Shown here in pieces: positions 23,733 through 32,700 of a stretch of DNA of 37,914 nt. The notes under the pieces are model-generated. The model was not told where the DNA came from. It was given only the letters and a program-made list of their open reading frames with translations, and searched no databases. The DNA comes from Phoronis australis (taxonomy: Eukaryota > Animalia > Phoronida), in contig NMRA01000152.1 of the NCBI GenBank assembly GCA_002633005.1, positions 626,064-663,977 on the forward strand, read 5' to 3'. Positions within the stretch are counted from its first letter, which is position 1. Each line of letters opens with the position of its first letter. Position numbers and translations under genes: made by a program.

Positions 23733-26700
23733 ATGGCACTCGTGAAATTAGATACAGATGAAGCGAAACGTAGAGGCTTTGGGGAATATCACGTCACCGT
23801 CATACCTAACTACATGGTCACTGTCTCGGATGGTACAAGACTTGCTATGAAAGTATGGTTTCCTGGGCTACCTCAACACTTAGAAGCAACGTGTTTCGTA
23901 GATTCGGCTGGGTGTTACATTGTGTACGACAGTGGATCGGAAAAGTCGACCTCTGATACGTAAGTCTGTATAGATTTCGTGGCTGGGAGTGTGTTGTGCG
24001 AGAGCTGCGAGACGTGTAAAGCCATGCACAGTCTCACAAGTGAAAGGCGAATAACGTGGGCCAAGATCTGAAGCTTGCAGAGGCTTAGCCACTAGACGAC
24101 TGTGATCAATTCCCATGAGTCATAAAAATGATAGCAACGTCCTCCTTGAGACATAAGTGCCAATATGATGAGGTCCGTACGGTCATGTCAACGGTGGCGA
24201 GGATATAGCCGGTTTGAAGTAAAATCCGACGTGACTTTGCTGCACTTTGTTAAAACTTATTAGTTGCTGAGTAGACCACCATTAACAGTTACCAATTTAT
24301 TAAATACAAAAATATAATACAAAAAGTTCAGCCTGCCGGGAAACTGCAGTGAGCATTATATCCGGGCTTTAACTTGTCATTAATACAAAATTTGCCACGC
24401 GGAGAATAAAAATTGGTAGCCAGGTCATGGTACATTGTATACATGCATAAGCTCATCATTGCTTGAAAAATATTGTGAGGTTAAATAAATGCCATGCTTC
24501 ATAAATTCCAGGAAGTTTCCTGTTGTCTTAGAGTACATTCCATACCGGAAGGCAGACTACACAGCTTCAAGGGACTACTGCAATCACACGTGGATCTCTT
24601 CCCATGGCTACGTTGTCGTTCGTCTGGACATAAGGGGTTAGTAGCGCCGATATCTTCAATTCACGTAGTGAGTACCTGCTTGAGTCAGGGAGTCATCTTC
24701 ATGCACCCACACTCGCGTGCGCACACGCGCGCACACGCCCGTACGTACACGCACGCTCGCTCGGCACACATCTACGTATCTATTAAGGTGACAACGTCAC
24801 CTTCTCGTTTTCGAATGGATTCGATGTGTTCTATGCCACACAGTGGCCCTTTTTACTGTTTTCTAGTCTTATTGGCGTTCGCTTCTCTATCGATCAAACC
24901 ATGCATTCTAAGAAAATTGTTTTTTGTGTTCGTTCTATGATTTATCGGATCGGGCTCCAGATTCTGTGGTACCACACAAACTTTTGCGTCCGCGCCTGTG
25001 TTTCCTGACTGAGTTCAGGGCCCGGGTTTTAATCTTATGTTTGGCATTTTCTACTCTACTTTTGTGCGAACTCAATATAAGTGTCTATTATTCTATGCTC
25101 CAGTACACAATGACTTACGTGGATAATTTGTTGTCCTAGTTTTCAGTTGATAAACCCAATATTAAGACTAAAAGTTCGAGTTTGAACTCGAAATTTCGAG
25201 TCGAGATTATACCCGAATTTGTAGCACTATTATAAGGGTCATCAAGTGCAAATTTGAACTAGAAACTCATATGCGTAAATTGTAATGTATTCGAGCAAAG
25301 TCTAATAACCACTTACCTTGAGTTCGCACAAAAGTTGCAGAGAAATTGTCAAAAATAATATCGAGTTCGTTTCGAGTACAGAAATTAGAGTACGGGCCCA
25401 GAGCAGTAACTTTGTTAAGTTTGGCAAGTTTATCTCTATGAAAGTGTCAACTAATGTCAAAGACTTTCAAGCGGAACCAACTACCGCTGTGCCCCCTTGT
25501 GGCAATTTTAGTTTTGTTTGTTTTCCATCGTATCTTCGGAGTTCCTACGGATTTCCATGAAAGAGGGCAAAAAAGTTTCTATTAGAGACGATAGCAATTT
25601 TCTACTTTCAGATGAGTTTGGCGTATTATATGCCAGAGTTAGGGGATATTTTCATTATTTTTTAGTTTGGTTCTTGGCGTCTGCCTCTTTAGGCCAAACC
25701 ATTTTCTGAAAACTGGCATGTGTCTGCCTATAGGGAAATATATGGCTGACGATGATTTTCAAATAGGTCCGACTGCTGTGGCGTCATCTTGTGGCATTTT
25801 TTCAATATGGCTAAATCCCAACTCTTTTGCCGTTTACCGTGATTAAAACTGAAGAAATCCGTCGAAACACCTGCTCTTCTGGAAACGTCAAACGCGAACG
25901 CAGTGTTCTATAGCGACCAAGACATCCGTTTAATTTCCCAAAAATATGCGTACTATTATTCACTAAGACAAAACTTTAGTCCAGTAAACTAGAACCAATA
26001 CTCATGAATACCAAGGACACGACTTAAACAGAACAAAGTGACGTCATCAGCTATGTATTTTGATGAACCCACATGGGTAAGTATTCTTGTGCTAAACTAA
26101 AATTCACTCAGCGAAATTTATTATAACAATTCGTAAAACAATTCAAATTGAATATACATTATTTAATCTTAAAATATTTAGCGAAATTTGCAATACTATT
26201 ATTTTGGTTAACTTTGTTTTTAAGGTGCCGGGGACTCCGAAGGTCTCTTGTTCGACGAGTACTTGCCATCGGAACAGCGTGATGCCTGTGATGTCATCAA
26301 CTGGTTATCAAATCAACCGTGGTGTAACGGAAACGTTGGTATGTGTGGAAAGAGTTGGAGTGGATTTAACGGCCTGCAGGTACACGACCAGTACGCTATG
26401 TTCATTTTTATTGAAAATGCACAAAACCTGGGAACAATATGTGTCTTCTTTGTAGTTTTAAACTCAAGTTAAAAAACGAATTTAAGGAAGAAACTCACCG
26501 TGACGTTCAAGGTCAAATATCGCCGCCTGTTGGTCACAAAAATGAAGCTCATCAAGATCATTGAACCAATATGCAACATTGATTGAGTTTTATAAGTTGC
26601 TGTTTTGCCCTCAATGGAACAGAACTTTGGGAAAACGGTGATTACGTTTTGTAATTTTCATATTTATGGACAAACAATATGTAGCTTAAGTTTGATTGAA

Positions 26701-29700
26701 AAACGTTTAATTTAAAACTGACACTACATCGGAAAGTTTGATATATGATACCAACATTCTCTTCAATAAAATACAACCTGGTTAAGGTCCAATTATTGGA
26801 GCCGTCGTCATCATGAGAGATGGACACGTAATTTGTACAGTGAGATTTTTCACCCGAAAGCTTAGAAATAATTTAGGACTAAATTGTAGACCCAGAAAGA
26901 ATTCAGTTTTCCAGGTGGAGTTGAGGATAGTGGGTAGAGTGTGGAGGTCGTCAAGGGACCTTTGAGTGCAGGGTAATAGTGTGTACTATGTATACCATCT
27001 GTCTGAAAACATACACCTTTGTCAGGCTTTGTTTGACTGCTTACAATGGACCGCTGGACTGAGTCAGACGCTTTTGCTTAGCCCATACCATGTTCATTAT
27101 CTTATTTTCTATCATACTTGGGAAATCCAAAAACATCTTTGGGTTGTCAGTGCAACTAAATGCTACGCAACGTTGACCAAAGTGACCCAGTGACCTTGAG
27201 GGAACCGACACGTGCACTACTGCTCCCAGAGCGGGAAGTTTGAGAGTGGACACCTCTCACCATTCTGTCATCTTCTTATTTTTATTTTTTACACATTCTA
27301 CAATGAAGCTTTACTTCATATTAACAAGACATTTTAGACCCCGAACAATGTTAAATGTTTAACTTCTCAACTCCTAAGGCTCTAAGAGTTTGAGAGAAGA
27401 GTGAGAACTGAAAATTTCTGATTCCTCAAACGATTCAATATGTTATTTCAAAGGTCGCCTATGAACAGCCGCCAGCCTTAAAGACTGTGATATCGCTTTA
27501 CTCTACCGATGACAGATACAGCGACGATGTTCATTACATTGGTGGATGTATACCAGGTAAAAAGCTGATTTTACAGCCTCTGTAATCTTGTCATGATTGT
27601 GCAGTCTAGCTCATTGTGACGGGAGCAAAATTCACAGAAAACGCACCTTCATCCATCGAAAAAATTACTGAACCTCTTCCTGAAACTCTCCAAAAACAGG
27701 CTTTTACCTCCCGAGGACATGTCTGTGTTTCCTTGAACGTCATTTCCAATCCTGTGAAGATCCTAGGCTTTCCCAGTCAAATTTAAATGAAGTTATTGCT
27801 TACAATTTGTTTCTAAAACCATAGCCTCTTGATATTAGTATTTTTAATTCTCGATTTTGATTCCCAAAATGCATAACACATTAATTGCTCTTTTCTTGCC
27901 TTTGCTCGAATAACAGTTTTCCATCGGTCTACCTTTCAGTGTGCTAAGATATCCATTTTCCATCAAAGTGATGTCTATTGGTGACAACTGGACACAATCA
28001 TATGTTGCTATAAAATAGTCCCCAACGCTAATTATCCCAAAGTTTCTTGATATCTCTAACTCTAACCCTTTTTAACAAGTAGAAGGTTTTACGATTTCAC
28101 AAAAACATAAAAAGAGTGACAATACATTCTACTCAAAGGGGCCCTTCCGTGAATAGAAAAAGAGTAAATTAAAATAGTATAAGTATTGGGATCAAAGGGT
28201 CCCCTCCTAGGGCTGGGGCAACTGAAATATGAACATTTCAAAAAGGAGAAATAAGCAGCAATTGAAGCCATTACCAGGAGCAATATCCGTTCCCTGTTTA
28301 TATCAAGTGATTACAATAGTCAACACAACAGAAAAAAGAGGCCACCCATTTGACCCTGTTTAATTGACTAAAAGCGAAAATCTAACTCGACCCTTAACTC
28401 TCATAAAATCGGTTTCTTAACCTTGGTTACCGTGCAAATCATTATGATGTATATGGCGGGAGTAATGGCCAGAGCTGTAGTCTTCTTGATGTTACCCTGT
28501 CAGTGCATAGACGAACATAAAGTACAGACTCCCGCCTTCTCAGTCGTTGGCTGCATAGATTTTCAATTTAATATCTAGTGTCTCCTTTGATTCTTTTTGT
28601 CAGCAATAACCTTGGAAAGCATGACGTCACTACACAGTCACTTTCCCACATTTCTGTCCGCACTGGTATTTATTAGCTGGTCCTGCTGAATATATTCAAT
28701 TTTGCTCGTGTAGCGCGATACAAAATCTGAAGAGAGCTCCCACAAACTCGTTCAATTCATTAAAATAGCGAGTATTTATACAAGCTTTATTTAAAATATT
28801 TTTAAGTCTTTTAGATTAAAGCTTGTATAAATATTCGAAGTTTTGTATTTTATAAGCTGGCCATTGTGCAATGAAAATTGTCTTCAGCGCACTTGAGTTC
28901 ATAACCAACAACACTGCCAAGTTACTGCGGACATTATTGTCAATTTTAAAGGCGAAGGCAACCTTTTTCATGTCATTTTTAGCAAAAATAGGGTTCGTTG
29001 ATTATCCCATACATATTTTTCACTTACTTACAGCTTTTCTTAATTTAATTAATTACTAGTCGTCTACTCCGGAAGTTACGTTTTGGGAGGCAAGAATTTC
29101 GCGCCAATTTCTTTTCATACAGTCTGACTGTGAGAGCAGTCGAGTCAGTCATTGTTCTACCTCGGTTGTGATAAGTTCGGTCGTCGTTTGCTTTTGTTTA
29201 CGAGTCAGTCAACATGCCACGCTGTTGCTGCCTACCGAGATGTACTCATTATCGTCTCACGTACAGTGTCCCGCGACACACTCCCAGTGTATGGTGACTT
29301 GAGCACCCAAACTGCTTTCATCCCGCCGTGCGACTCCCTCGTCACACACGTGACACCTTCTAAATAGCTCCAATACAAGTCCACAATAAACTTATCAAAC
29401 TTAGACTCACCGATCTGTTCATTGGATGACGAACTATCCTTTTCACTGGGTGTCAAACTGGGCCTGTATTCACTCCCATTACTCAACATCGCTGCAGGGC
29501 TGCTTACAGGTTCTGGGCTAGAGACAACAGTACACGGGGAATCACTACTAGTTCCTGGAATTGTACGCTATGGGGTACGTTCGGAGGCATGGGTGACAGA
29601 AGATGAAGTGCCTCCAGTCACTGTATGTAGTGGCCACAGCTTGCGAGGCTTCTCGCTTCAAAAAAAAAAAACACTTCTCGGGGGTGGCGACGGGGCACTG

Positions 29701-32700
29701 CCGGGAATCAACAGCGACGGTTTGGAACCCTTCTTCTGGCATTGTTTCGCAGGAACCTTCATCAATTCAGCGTACATATCTCTGTCGTAATCTGACGGCT
29801 GAAAATGCTTGCCACTGCTTTGTGCGTTGCGTGAACGGGTAGCGCTGCGTTCTTCACACGAGCTAGGTAGCCAAGTACGGCGTAGTGTGTCATCTTTCGG
29901 AAAGCGATGCAAGGTACGTCCCAAAGCGCGTGTGAGACGATAATGAGTACATCCTGGTACGCAGCAACAGCGTGACTCGTAAACAAAAGCAAACGACGAC
30001 CGAACTTATCACAACAGAGGTAGAACAATGTCTGACTCGACTGCTCTCACAGTCAGACTGTATGAAAAGAAATTGGCGCGAAATTCTTGCCTCCCAAAAC
30101 GTCACTTCCGGAGTAGAAGACGAGAAATTAGTTAAATTACGAAAAGCTGTAATTAAGTGAAAAATATGTCTGGGATAATCAACAGACCTTGTTTTTGCTA
30201 AAAGTGACATGAAAAAAGGTTGCCTTCGCCTTTAAGCATACTGGTTTGTTACAATTAGTGGCGACGTACCACAGCGCGGAGAAAAAAGCGGCATACAATG
30301 TTGTCTTTAGGAGTGAATGGCGGATTTTACTGGTCTGGATTCATGTTTGCTATAAGTGCCTTGCCTCCAAATCCAACGATGACTTCTGACTGGAAAGAAA
30401 AATGGCTGGAAAGACTTGAGAAGACCACCACTCCTTTGATCCACATTTGGCTGAGACATCAGTTGAAAGACAAGTACTGGCGCCATGGGAGTGTCAACGA
30501 GAATTACTCGAGGCTGAAAATACCAATATTGTGTATAGGTACGTGTCAGTGTTCCTCCTCGTAGACTTGTGTATTCCTCAAGTAAGACAAGGATAAGGTG
30601 GCTGTGAAAGGACGGCACGGCAACTATTTTCTCTGTTGCTAACTCTATCGATAGACTTACTGACTCTATCGATAGACTTACTACATTGTATCTTAATCGA
30701 CAGACTTATTAACTTTATCGATAGACTTACTAACTCTATTGATAGACTTACTATCTCTATCGATAGACTCATTGCCTTTATCGATAGACTTATTAACTTT
30801 ATCGATAGACTTACTAACTCTATTGATAGACTTACTATCTCTATCGATAGACTCATTGCCTTTATCGATAGACTTATTAACTTTATCGATACACTTACTA
30901 TCTCTTTCGATAGAGTTACTATCTCTATTGATAGAGATAGAAAGTCTGTCAATAGAGTTAGTAAGTCTATCGATAGATATAATAAGTCTATCGAGAGAGA
31001 TAATAAGCCTATCGATAGAGTTAGCAACGGAAAAAAAGTTACTGTGCCGTCCTTTTACAGCCACCGTACAAGGGGTACATTTGACTGACTTTTACGGTTC
31101 CGCAGAGCCAGATGGGTAAGACAATTTATAGGTTCTCGACGACTTCGGGATTGCAAAACAATCGCTTTACACGGAGGAACCGCCCAAGTAAAAGCAAGTA
31201 CAGCCAGTGCTTCCTCCGCTTAGACATCACGGTTACTCACAAAACAATAGTTTTCTTGCTTTGAGCTCCAAGCTATGTCTATTGTAATTCACCAGAAGAT
31301 GTTATTTGCTCTCAGGGATTTCCAGAAGATGGTGCCCTGTGTAGGCCAGCGCTGTTTAACCGTCCCAAAATTGTCACAACTTCAAAATTTTGACAATTTG
31401 GGTCGTTGTTGCTGGCCCAAATTAAGGCAAGAAAAAATTGTGACAATTTGGGTGTTAAAAGCTGACTCAAAATGTCACAATTTTAAAGCTGTGACAATTT
31501 GGAACGATGTTACAATTTAGACCTACGCAGTGCATCAATGTTAGAAAATGACTTGCGCAGTACACTGCTTGTGGAAGAACACGACGTCACCGACAAATTG
31601 TGCTGTAGGTGGGTACGCTGACGGTTACACTAACCCTGTATTCAGACTTGCTGAGCACGTGGACTCTGTAAAGGCTATCGTTGGACCTTGGGGACACAAC
31701 TGGCCAGACAAAGCTACACCTGGTAAGTATTTATCTTAATCTCTTATTTAATTCATTTATACTTTCTGTTCCAAACACAACCATCTTCTCGCATGTATTC
31801 TTGTTACAAAATGTATCAAAATTTATAAGTCCTAACGTACTCTCAACCAACTTGAGCGCAACGTCACGATTGTTCTTCTAATAGTGTCCGATTCACGCTT
31901 CCTTACAGGTCCAAACATGGCGTACTTGGATGAGTGTTTGCGATGGTGGGATTGTCACCTTAAAGGGAAAACCAACGGGGTCCCTGAATTGCCTAAATTT
32001 AGAGTTTACGTTCAGGATTCGTGCCCCCCAGACCCAGCCTTGAAAGTATGGCCCGGAAACTGGCTTGCATTTAAAAAAGGCATCAACACGGAAACACGTG
32101 TATACTTCTTAGACAACAGAAGTGAAAAGATAACGAAGGTAAAACTTTTGGTACTGATTAAATCTGATAAGAGATTACTGTATAGCAGACAAACTGTGAA
32201 CAGAACCGTGACTTGTTTTGAGGGGAATTGTTAATTTTGTATTGACGCTATCAATCCATCGCTACGCTACCACATACGCATTTACTACCGCTACCAGCAT
32301 CATCCTCGCCATACCGAGAAATATCACCATCGCCACAACCAATACCTCCACCGGCAGTACTACCAAGAACAACGAAATCGCCATTACCGTCACCATGACC
32401 ACCGACACCACCACTACTGTTAGCACCACTATAGACGCCATCATCCCATCATCATCAACAACACCACCATGACCACCTCCACCACCATCTTCATTTTTGT
32501 ATTACTTGTGAAGTGGTGTTTTTCTTTCTCTTCTAGAACAAGCCTTTCGAAGATCCATTGCGCTCGATGTCAAAACTCAATTACTTAGCAATAGCCACAG
32601 GTGTTCCTTCATGGTTTGGATGGGGTACAGTACCAGACCTGGCCATCGACCAAACTCTGGCCGAATCCACAAGTCTTGTGTGGCAAACTGATCCTCTCAT

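Noticed and set aside
30578-31119. Four overlapping 123-150 aa ORFs with SIDRL/LSIDLL heptad repeats, and a superficially CRISPR-like array
   Set aside because: They are translations of a 21-bp tandem repeat within a TIR element. There are no unique spacers and no cas genes.
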